This document shows positions 37,046 to 48,000 of a stretch of DNA of 64,000 bases, in pieces. Position 1 is the first letter of the stretch. Every line of letters starts with the position of its first letter. The stretch spans positions 9,734,001 to 9,798,000 of the forward strand of contig NC_087469.1 of NCBI RefSeq assembly GCF_036321535.1, written 5' to 3'. Source of the DNA: Camelus dromedarius. Lineage: Eukaryota. The translations under genes were made by a program, and so were the position numbers. The notes below the pieces were generated by a model that had not been told where the DNA came from, ran no database searches, and saw only the letters and a program-made list of their open reading frames with translations.

Positions 37046-39999
37046 ACCTATATTTATACAGTATGCAGTGTGTACATGTGTGTGGATCTGGCACCTGGTA
37101 CCACAGGCTGTGAGGGGGTCTTCAGAGCACTTTGTGAGAGACCTGTAAGCTTTAGGAAGTCTGTGGCAGGGGATGGAAAGTCCTAGGTATATGTCAAGTC
37201 AGTGACTGTGTCTGTTATGAAATACCTATATCGTGCTTCACATCTTACAAATGCTTATGTTCACTATTTCAAGGGAGTCTTAGGCCAACCCTGCATTATC
37301 CCTCATGACAACCCATTTTGCAGACAAGAGAACTGAGGCCTAGGTTGAGTAACTTGACCAAGGACCCTTAGCTAATAGAGGTGGAACCAGCCCTAGCAAC
37401 CAGGTCTTCTGCCACCAGACTCCTCATTCTTGGCATTGACCAATGATGCCTGTTCACGGTGGGTCTGCAAGCTGTGTGCAGGTACCCTGTGTCAGTTGCA
37501 TGGGTGTATTCTTGCCCAAGTGAGATGTGACTCTCTTTTCAGAACTCACTGAGCCCTGGTTGTGCCTATGGGGGGATAAGGAGGTTAGGGGCCACAAAGA
37601 CAGTGAGAAACAGGAAATATCCAGGAGACTAAGCCCTAGGATGAGAGTGGCAGTGACCCCACTGAGCTCAGCACAGCTTTCCCCTTTTCTTCTTTTTTTC
37701 CCACCAAGCCATACTTCCAGGGCCAAGCCATCAGCCACCAGGAGTGGAAATGGGTCTAGGGGCCTGGGATTTGGAGTAGGCAATTCTCCAGGAGGCCTTG
37801 AAGGCTGGTGGCAGGATGACCCAAGAAGCAGCACGTTGTCTCACCCTCTTTCATTCTGATCCTTGGGGACTGAAGGAGGGGGCTGCCATCAACCCTGCCA
37901 GGTGCCTGGAATACCCTTGCTGTGTTGCATGGAGAGCTAAGTGCCCCGGGCTAGGATCTGGCCCAATCTCTGACCGGTGAGGTGCTTGCCTGGAGATGGA
38001 CTACTTTTGTTTCTTGTGGAGCTGGGAGTGGGGGTGAGAAGAAGAAATCCGAGTCCTAGCTCTTGGAATTCAAGCTAGCTTTAGGAAGAATTCTGGTTGC
38101 CACTTTCTGCCTGGAGAGATGCCAATAGATGGCTGCTTAAAGTCAGAGGGCACAAAATCCCACCATTAAATAGTTTTTCTTAAGATTCTTCATCTTTACT
38201 CTTTCCCTTTTAAGATGAAATTTAAAATAGTCCTGAAAGAGTAAAATTTATAAATTCTCACATTTGTAAGTTCCCTCGGGAGTGAAAAGAGATAAACAGC
38301 GATTCTGGAGCCAGCAAGGGCCATTTAGGCGCAGAGAACATTGGTAGAACAACTCACATATTTGCGAAGAAAGCTCCTTTGATTCTTACAGCAACCCCAC
38401 GAGGCTGCTAAGATAAGTACCATCATTTCCTCCTTTTACAGAGAAGGAAACCAAGGTTTGGAGAAGTGGCTTGAGCAAGTTCTCAAGATGCTGTGCTCTT
38501 GCCCCTGAGAATCACCTGTGATTTCTGACCCCAGTCCCAGTAACCTGCGGAGGTGGGGCATTCGAGCATGTTCTGAAATGGTCCCACTCTCCCTGAAGGC
38601 TGATCTTCCTGGACTCAGAGATCCTTTCCTTCAACACAGCCACCTTCTGTGTTGGGGTCCGTGCAAGGGGCTGGAGAGCAGAGATGACCAAGGCAGTTCT
38701 TCATGCTGTGGCTCTAGAGCACCTGCTGCCCCATCCTGAGGTCAGACGACTGAGCGCATACCCACAGCATGACTCACAGCACTCCTGTCTGCAAAAGGCC
38801 TGTCAAATTATATGTTATTAATAAAACCAACATGGCTGTCATACCCGCTGGAGGGTGGGGGAGGGGAATGGCTTGCTCCGAGCTGTGTTCAGTAACACAG
38901 CCAGGGGCCTGTCTGCCTCATGTGGCTAGGTAGCTGGAGTAAAGCTAGAGTCGTACCCCATGCCTGAAATGTCACCCCATACCACATTCACAGCGTCAGC
39001 CTACCTCCCCTCCCCTCTCCCATCCTACTTCCCTTTCAGAACTTCTCTTAAAATCAAGTGTGCCATTTTCCCAGCTGCCTGGAAGGCCCTTCCCTTCCCT
39101 GGCTTATTTTTTAAGATTCAGTTCAAACGTCACCTCCGGTGCTGGAGGCAGTTGGTAACTTCCTCTCCCAGGCTTTCCTAAGACTTCCGTCTGCCTCTGA
39201 AGCACCATTATCTGGGCCCCCTAGAGGGGAGCTGCCTGGTCTGGTCCCTGCTCGCCTTGTTCTGGTTGCTCAGTACTAGCCCAATTCCATGTGTTCAGTG
39301 AAAGAACAGATATCTCCATGTATAAGTGAAATATCCATGCTGTCCTCAGTCTGGATGCAGGCTAGAGGTCACAAAGCCGTCTTCCCAGCCCTGCCCTAGG
39401 CGTCTCTCTAGGAGTTCCCTACTGCACACCTCTGTTCAGTGCACACCTGTGTTTGCATGTGGAGGCGTGCCTGGCTGTGGGTGGTGGGTGGCTCCTTCAA
39501 CTGCTCCGTGGGCCCTGGGTGTGCCCTGCATGGAAACACAAAGATGCGCGTGCAGGCTTTGAGGGCCTCGGGAGGCCCCAGGGCTAGGCATGATTGGGTG
39601 CCAGACAAGAAGCGCAGCTTGGGGTGGGAGCTGTCCCTCAGCCCCATTCTTCCACCTTCCTTGACCCAACTGACCAGAAGCCATACACAGAGGTCTGGGA
39701 TCTGAAGAGAACCAGGCACAGAAGGGAGGCCCCCAAAAGACCCTGACTCAGTTCTCTCCCAGGAGGTAGGCCGAGGTGCTGAAAAGGCACCAAGGGAAGA
39801 AGACCCTGGGGATGGGTTGCGGGGTGCTTTGGGAAGGTCCAGGGGTGAGGTAGGAAGACACAGGCCCCGGATTCTTGTTCTGGCTCTTCCCCTTCCTGGT
39901 TGGATCAACCTGCGCAAGTCATTTCACCCTTCTGAGCTTCAGTTCCTTCATCAATAAAATGGGCATAACAACAAGTCCTGCCTGGGAGGTGGTGAGTAA

Positions 40000-40500
40000 T
40001 GGGATGGGACGGACGCTCGGTGACCTGCAGAGGGCAGTCCCAGCGGCAGGGCCCGCCTGGATGGAGGGCTGTACCAAGGAGGGCGGGGGCGATGAAGGGA
40101 CGGATGGAGAAGAAGCCCCCGCCCCGGGCCTGATCTCCGGGACACCCGCCCCTCTCGCTGTCCCCCCTCCCCTCGGGACCCGGCGGCCCGGAGCGCCTGG
40201 GCCCATCCTCGCAGTGCCCGCCTCTGGGCCGGATGCCAGTGCGGGCAGGACTCCGCGCAGGCGGGCGGGGCGGGCAGGAAGCGCCGCGCCGGGGCCTCTG
40301 GGAGCGAGCGGGAGACTCCGGCGGCGACCGGCTCCTGGGCCTGGGCCGCGGCGGGTAAAGGTCTAAGCAGCCGGGGCGGGGCGGGGCGGTGCTGGGGGAG
40401 TGCTGCTAAGAGCTGGTGGCCGGGGAGGCGTAGGACGGCGCCGTTGCGTTGAGTGGTGGGCACTCTGGCAGGCTCTCGCCCTGGGCTCCGGAACCAACTC
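40000..40500 (+). promoter_or_regulatory. NLRX1: NLRX1 CpG-island promoter and non-coding exon 1
   Basis: CpG-rich with GGGCGG boxes; donor CGG|GTAAAG at 40354/40355. Confidence 0.7.
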
Positions 40501-42087
40501 GAACTAGGAAAGCTGTTTGAGACCCAGCTTAAGGGGAGGAGCTCTGGACCTGTGGGAGCACAGTCCCTGTACCTCCCCTGCTGTGCCCCCTCCTTTTCCC
40601 ACTGACTTGGAGACCGGGGGTGATCTTCTGAGAATTGCCCTCCCCACCCCCATCCCCACCGTGAGTCCCGTGTTGAGTCAGAGGACCTGCATCTGATTTT
40701 ATCCCACTGAGCTAGTTCCCCAGGCTTCCTTGGCCTTCCAGGGCCCTGTCTTAACCCTTTTTCAGCCCTGGGACTTTTGGTCTGAGCCCTGGCCTGCACC
40801 TCCACTGGTTGGCCCTGTTGGCAAGTGGGCCTAGAGCAGCCAGATCTCCCTAAACCTCCCCTGCCCTTAAGGAACCATATCTCTCAGCAGAGAGCAGGTG
40901 CCACATAGCTGCGCACTTCATTTAAGGGAGCTCACGGGGATCAGGAAAGACTTCCCAGGAGAGAGAATCTTTGAGCAGATTCTTAAAAGACTGACAGGAG
41001 AAAGGTCATTCCAAGCTGATGAAAGAGTGTGAGCTAAGTTGGGAAAGCTCAAGCAGGACTTCAGTTAGCCTGGCGAATGAGGTGTGGGGCAGGGACAAAC
41101 TCAGAAAAGTAGCTGGTGTGGGTCAGGTGTTTGGACTCTACATAACCGAGGACTTTAGGGAGGTGATTGGGTGGCAGAGATGAAAGATCAGAATGGAATG
41201 AGACTGAAGTCAGAGGCCAGTAAGGAGAAGGAGAGGTCCCCGGAAGTTCAATAGGGTCTGAGTTAGCACAGGGGCAGTAGGAATGATGCAACAGGGACAG
41301 GCTGGCAAAGCAGTGGGAGGAGGAACTGGCAGGATTTTCCCACTGTCTGAAGGAGGGGGGAAACGATTTGAAGACAAAGAGGTCAGATTTCTAGTATAAA
41401 TCGTGTGACTGGGAAGATTTGCTGTAAAGTAGCCAAAAGGGGAGGAGGGATGCTGAGCTCAGTTCTGCATATGGGAAGCTTGAAGCACGGGCAGAGATCC
41501 ATATGGAGATATCAAATAGGAAGTCATTCATTCATTTATCTATTATTTATGCCAGCCTCAAAGGCAGGTTACATAAAAGTCACAGAGAAGATAAAATGAT
41601 GAAACCATTAAAACTCAGTGAAAAGGACCTGATAGCTAGGGGAAAAACTTCAGAGGAGAGTGGATGATTGTTACTGGAAAGTGTTGGCTCAGAAAAGCCA
41701 CTGAAAATGAACGCAGGACTCATTTGAGCTTGCTGGCAGCCAAGCAAAAAAGAAAAAAAAAAAAAGGACACCTAAATAAAACAGTTCACTAGGCTGGATC
41801 TCAGGACAACTCCGGGGAGAGGCAATGGGTGATAGGAGATAAGATGGGATCACTCAGGTGGGGGATGTGGGAGAAGGAGGAGATCTGAGCACCAGGCCAG
41901 GGCTTTGGCGATACTGACATTTAAGGAAAGGCTGATGTTCTCCTGAGGAGGAAGGCCCTTCCTTGGTCTGGACTGGGAGGTGGAATGGGACGGTGTGGGG
42001 GTGTGGGTCCATTCACATCATTCTTTCTGCAGGGGAACAGAATAGAAGGTGCTGTGCTAAGTCCCCTGGGCTCTGACCTCTGCTGCT

Positions 42088-45000
42088 ATGAGGTGGGGCT
42101 GCCATTTGCCCAGGGCCTCTTGGGGCCCTGGTCTGGGAAGAGCACTTCAGCCAGCAGGTGAGCAGGAAGCAGGGGTTTCTGTTTCTACCTCTCCCCCTTC
42201 AGAGTCCAGATGGAGTCTCCAAGAGAGCAGAGATCCAGACACCAGGTGTGCCAGTCCCAGCTCTGTGATTCACTAGCTGTTGGCCTTGGGCAAGTCACCG
42301 TACCACCCTGAGCTTCCTTTTTTTCACCCTAAAATAAGGGAGTTGGACTAGATGATCTTCAAGGGATCCCTGGAGGTACACAAGTCCAGGTCTTGTCTTG
42401 TCTGATTTCATTTCAACAAATAGTTATCGAGTGCCTGCTGAGTGCCTGCTGGGTGCCAGACCCTGTGCTAAGTTCTAAGCAAGTAATTGTGAACCAAAAC
42501 AGATGTGATCCCTGCTCTCATGGAGGAAGGGTGTGTGTGTGAATGAATGTTAATAAAATAATTACACAATGAAATATAAAATTGCCTAATAACTGATGCA
42601 AGGGGGCAGTCATGATGCTGTGAGAGCAAATAATGGGGGATTTGATGTAGATATGGGGTCTGTGTATTGGTGAGGTAATGGGGGTGAGTTCTGGATGCTA
42701 TTTCTTCTTTCTCCTTTCTCTCTGTAGATGAACGTATCCCTTTCCTGATCCACTGGAGTTGGCCTCTTAAAGGGCAGAGTCCCACTGGGCCCCCTAGGTG
42801 AGACTTCAGTGTCATATAGTGTCATACGTTAGAACACATCTGGGCACAGCAGAATAGCCTGGGAATGGTCAGGGCTTGAAGAGAGCTTGATCCCTTGTGG
42901 AAAGGTTGATCTTCTCAGGATGGAGAAGGTACAGAGTCATCTACCAGGTGGAAGAGGAAGTTGACTTATATCATCCATAGTACAAGTCACAGTGGTCAGC
43001 AGGAAGGGGGGACCTATGGGAAGTGGGTGGAGCCTGGCAGTGACCAGCCTGAGTTCCAGGCAGGCAGTGAGCAGTGGGGGGCTAGGGGCGGGACCTCAGT
43101 CCCTGGGAAGGGTGTGAGAGTCAGATAAGGCTCTGAACTTGTGTTCAGGGTCAAGCCGGGATCTCAGGAAGGCAGAAGTCCATCAGTTCCGGCAGCCTGG
43201 ACTCTGAGCCTGTGCAGAGGCTGCTCCCAGTAGCCACGCCCCAGCTCATCCCTCTTCTTGCTCACAGGGCCTTTATTCGCCACTATGGAAGCTCAGCGGG
43301 CAGTGGTCCCCCATCAGAGAGGCACGGGCAGTTGTTCCGGGGCATCGCTGCAGCTGGTAAAGGGACTGGCTCCTCAGTCAGCCTGAGGAGGGGACTGCTG
43401 GGATCCCAGGGTGGGGCCGGGGAGAGCGGGAGACGGGGAGAAAGGCTTGGAGAGAGAAGTGAGCAGGAGGAAGGAGATAGAGAGGATCCACTGAGGTGAG
43501 CCCATAATCCCCCTGACCATGTATCCCTTCCTGCAGCATCCTTATTATGTACAAAGCCCTGGGAGGGATATCTCATCCCTACCTTCAGCACACTGCCTCT
43601 AGCTGTCAGGTGAAGACGGCACACAGATGATCATGCAGCCAGTCAGCCCAGCTCACCATCACTCGTCCCATGGCTCCCCACCTTCTGCCACAGGGGTCCA
43701 AACTTTCTGGACAGTCTGATGGAGTCCTATGTGCCCAGCACCATACTGGGCCCCAACATCTTCTGGTGTGGTGTTTTGACTCCACAGCCTGACCCTACCA
43801 TCACCCTAAGCTCCTGCACTTCCAGGCCCCTCGCCCTGACACATTCCCCTTGCCTTCCCATCCAGAAGCTATCCAGCAGCACCGCCGGAACCTGGCTGAA
43901 TGGTTCAGCCGGCTGCCCAGGGAAGAACGCCAGTTCGGCCCATCCTTTGCACTAGACACGGTCCATGTAGATCCTGTAATCCGAGAGAGCACCCCCGATG
44001 AGCATCGCCCACCAGCCGAGCTCGCCCTGGAGCATCAGCCACCCTCGGCCGGGCTCCCCCTACTGGCCCTGTCTCAGCTCTTTGATCCAGATGTCTGTGG
44101 GCGCCGAGTGCAGACAGTGGTACTCTATGGGACGGTGGGCACAGGCAAGAGCACGCTGGTGCGCAAGATGGTCCTGGACTGGTGTTACGGGCGGCTGCCA
44201 GCCTTCGAACTGCTCATCCCCTTCTCCTGCGAAGACCTGTCATCCCTGGGTCCTGCACCTGCCTCCTTGTGCCAACTTGTGGCCCAGCGCTACACGCCCC
44301 TGAAGGAGGTTCTGCCTCTGATGGCCGCGGCCAGGTCCCGCCTGCTCTTTGTGCTCCATGGCTTGGAGCATCTTAACCTCGATTTCCGGTTGGCAGGCAC
44401 TGGGCTTTGCAGTGATCCCGAGCAGCCAGTGGCACCTGCTGCCATCATTGTCAACCTGCTGCGCAAGTACATGTTGCCAGAGGTGAGTGCCCCCTGCCCT
44501 GCCACCACTGTCCCCAACTTTCCCCCTAAGGATTTTTGTGTTCTGGGTCCACATGTTTAATGCGTAGGGGCGTAGCCTCTGGGTTAGTTCAAATCCTGTC
44601 CCTCCACTTCCCAGCCGTGGGACTGAACAACTCACTAACTCCCCCAAGCTTCTTTGAGTTGAGTCCTTCTCTCTTTGAGTTGTACTGATCAAATGAGATG
44701 CTGCATGTAAAGTGCTTAGCACAGTGCCCTGGATCATAGTAGGTACTTGCTAAACGTGACTTATAATTACACGGTCATCATCATTGTCATCCTTCAGCAC
44801 TCCATCTTCAGGGACTCCATGGCAAGGGAGGCAATGTGGACACCAAGGTCTTTCTTAACCCTCAACCATGCTCTTCCCAGGCCAGCATTCTGGTGACCAC
44901 CCGGCCCTCTGCCATTGGTCGTATCCCCAGCAAGTATGTGGGCCGCTATGGTGAGATCTGTGGCTTCTCTGATACCAACCTACAAAAGCTCTACTTCCAG

Positions 45001-48000
45001 CTCCGCCTCAACCAGCCAGACTGCGGGCATGGTGCTGGGGGAGTGGGGGTCACGCCGGCTCAGCGTGACCACCTGGTGGAGATGCTCTCCCGGAACCTGG
45101 AGGGGCACCACCAGATCGCTGCCGCCTGCTTCCTGCCCTCCTATTGCTGGCTTGTCTGTGCCACCTTGTACTTCCTGCATGCCCCTACCCCAGCCGGCCA
45201 GACCCTCACGAGCATCTATACTAGCTTCCTGCGTCTAAACTTCAGTGGGGAGATGCTGGACAGCACGGATCCCTCCAAGTTGTCCCTGATGGCCTATGCA
45301 GCCCGAACCATGGGCAAGTTGGCCTATGAGGGGGTATCCTCCCGCAAGACGTACTTCTCTGAAGAAGATGTCCGTGGCTGCCTGGAAGCTGGCCTCAAGA
45401 CCGAAGAGGAGTTTCAGCTGCTGCATGTCTTCCGCCGGGATGCCCTGAGGTTTTTTCTGGCCCCGTGCGTGGAGCCAGGGCACCAGGGTACCTTCGTGTT
45501 CACGGTGCCCGCCATGCAGGAATACCTGGCTGCCCTCTACATTGTGCTGGGTTTGCGGAAGACGACTCTGCAGCGCGTGGGGAAGGAAGTGGCTGAGCTC
45601 GTGGGCCGTGTTGGGGAGGACGTCAGCCTGGTCCTGGGCATTGTGGCCAAGCTGCTGCCCCTGCGGGCCCTGCCCCTGCTCATCAACCTGCTCAAGGTAA
45701 CAGCCCCAGGGCCCTGAGCTGCCAGCCCCCATCACCCCCAGTTCACCCCTCGCTCCTCTCCCAAAAGGAAACTGCTACTTCCGGCATAGCTGTGAATTTT
45801 TTTCTTGGCTCTGGTTTCAGACTTGGGCAATCTGGTTTTTCGTGGGACTAGGGCATAAAGAAGGGGAGAGAGGTCACAGGCTGGGAAGGCTTGGAGGGGA
45901 ATTAGAGGGTGCAGGGAGTTTCATAACAATCCTGAAATCCTAACCACGGCTTACTTTTTGCATCTCTCCTCCTAGTCTTTATTGCTGGGCAGCAGGGGTC
46001 ACTGCAGTCCAGGGTCTGTCTTGTGCTTGGAAGGTCCAGAAACCGGACGGTATCTATTCTCCCAGAGGTGATTAGACTCTGGGAGTGATGTCTCATCCTA
46101 ACTCAATCACCAGAGACAGATTTATAAAGCAGATGCCATTTTATTCATTTATACCAGGAGGATAAATGGCATTGGTAATTGTCTTGGCCTGTCTGGGGTG
46201 CAGGTCCGCTCCAGAAACCAAATTACAGGCCTGAGGACTGTGCTGTGAGCAGGGTGGATGCGCTAAGTTTTTGATGGGAAGAAGTATCCACTCTCAGCTG
46301 GTGTCTGCCAGGTGCCTTGCAAATGAACTATTATGATTCCTTTTATAGGTGAGGAAAGTGGGGCTCACAGAGGCTAAGTAACCTGACCAAGGTCACTCAG
46401 ACAGTAAGTAGAATAGCTGGAATCTGAGTCCAGGTTTTGTGATTCTAAATCCTGTACTCTTTCTGCCAGACTTTACTGCTGTACAGTGGACACTGTACTG
46501 TGAATCTACGGTGCCTTGCTCAGTTCCCCTTTAGGAATGTTTCAGTAATTGGTCTTGAGGAGGCAGAGCCCTGGTGGGCTGACAAAAACTGAACAAGTTT
46601 TCCTTTTTATAGGCAGCAAAGCGTCAGGGTTAAAAACAGGGATTCTGTAATGCAGTTCCCTGGGTTCAAATCTAAGCTCTGCCACTTACCAGCTGTGTGA
46701 CTTTGTATGAGTTACTTAACCTCTCTGTGCCTCAAGGTCCTTATCTGTCAAATGAGGATAATAATAGAACCTGTATCATTGTAAACTGTTTGTCAATCAT
46801 AAAAACTGGCTCAGGCAGCCCACCCCTCTCCCACTACTGCCTCAGGCAGGGAGACAATGGCTATTGCTGAGGTCATACTTTGAGGATATGCTTGTCTCAT
46901 CTGGATTGCAGTGAGAGGCTGTGGTCTCCTGATAGGATTCAGGAAACCCCTCAGTTATTTGAGGGGACACCACAGCCCCAAGTCCTCAGAGGGAGGGTTG
47001 CCTAGCAGAGGACTGGTCCCACCTGTTTCTTCATGAGCCTATTGATTCGGCTCCACAGGGTGGCATTTGCTCATCTTGCCACTAGATGCATGTTGGGGAG
47101 GGGTACTATCACCTACAAGGTGGGAACGTCACCTGTAAAAAGTGAAAAAAACAAAACAAAACAAAAACCCAGACATTAGAAGAGGTGGCAGAAAACAGCT
47201 TCATGGCTCTTGCCAGAGGAGCGGACCTCTTCTGTCCTTTCAGAACCATTGCAAGGACGGGAGCTGATGTCGCAAACTTCCCAAACATTCATTTATTTGA
47301 CAGGTACTTGAATGCCTGCTGTGTGCCAGGCAATGTGTTAGATTCTGAGGAAAAACCAATTACCAGAACCCCAGGTTTCTGCCTTTTCTGATCAGTCTCA
47401 ACACAAACATGTCAACATAACCATATAATTAAAAATTCTGGGAAGTGCCTGGAAAGCAGAGTTCCAGGTGCTATGAAAGTCTGTAAGGGGGGGCCTGGTT
47501 TGGGGGAATAAGGAAAGCCTCCCTGCAGGAAGGGCATTTAATCTGATCCCTGGAGGATTAGCCAGGCGAGGAACTTCAGGGCAGAGGGTGAGGGAACACG
47601 CCAGCAAGAGGGTACAGCTTTGAAGGAGGAGAAACCTTGGCACTGTCAAAAAACAAACAAAAAACCAAAAAGGAGAGAGAGAAGCCAAGAGGACAGAAGT
47701 GAGTGAGGGTGAGAGGCTGTGATGAAGGGTGTGGTTGGCAGGGGCCTGTCAATGAAAAATCAATCAGTGGTCAATCTAAGAAATGGAAATTTTCATTTGA
47801 GGCAATCTGAGGATTATAGCCTGGGAGACAGTCTCTCAAAGAGTTCTGAGAACCGTTTCAAAGAGGTAAAGAGGGAGGCCAGGATATAGGTGATTTTGGC
47901 AAAGGGGGTGTGTGTAACCAAATGTATCTCAGTAGGAGGTTGTTGCTAGGCATGAGGAAAAGTTATTTCAGTTAATGGTTTTAGTGCCTATCTAATTATG

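Noticed and set aside
39762-39783. REST/RE1 site near neural ABCG4
   Set aside because: Only the left half-site (TTCAGCACC on -) matches; the GGACAG half is degenerate.
39951-40805. 284-aa minus-strand ORF and other long ORFs in CpG islands (e.g. 24675-25214, 39875-40366)
   Set aside because: GC-rich, stop-poor promoter DNA giving low-complexity Pro/Arg/Gly peptides with no recognisable domain.
44340-44375. Broken Walker B (LFVLHGLEH) as a sign of NLRX1 inactivation
   Set aside because: This atypical motif is the normal NLRX1 sequence as recalled from human.
46780-47120. Unassigned segment in an NLRX1 intron, considered as snoRNA, retrocopy or LTR
   Set aside because: No ORF, TSD or convincing C/D or H/ACA boxes found; probably an old repeat needing a Dfam search.
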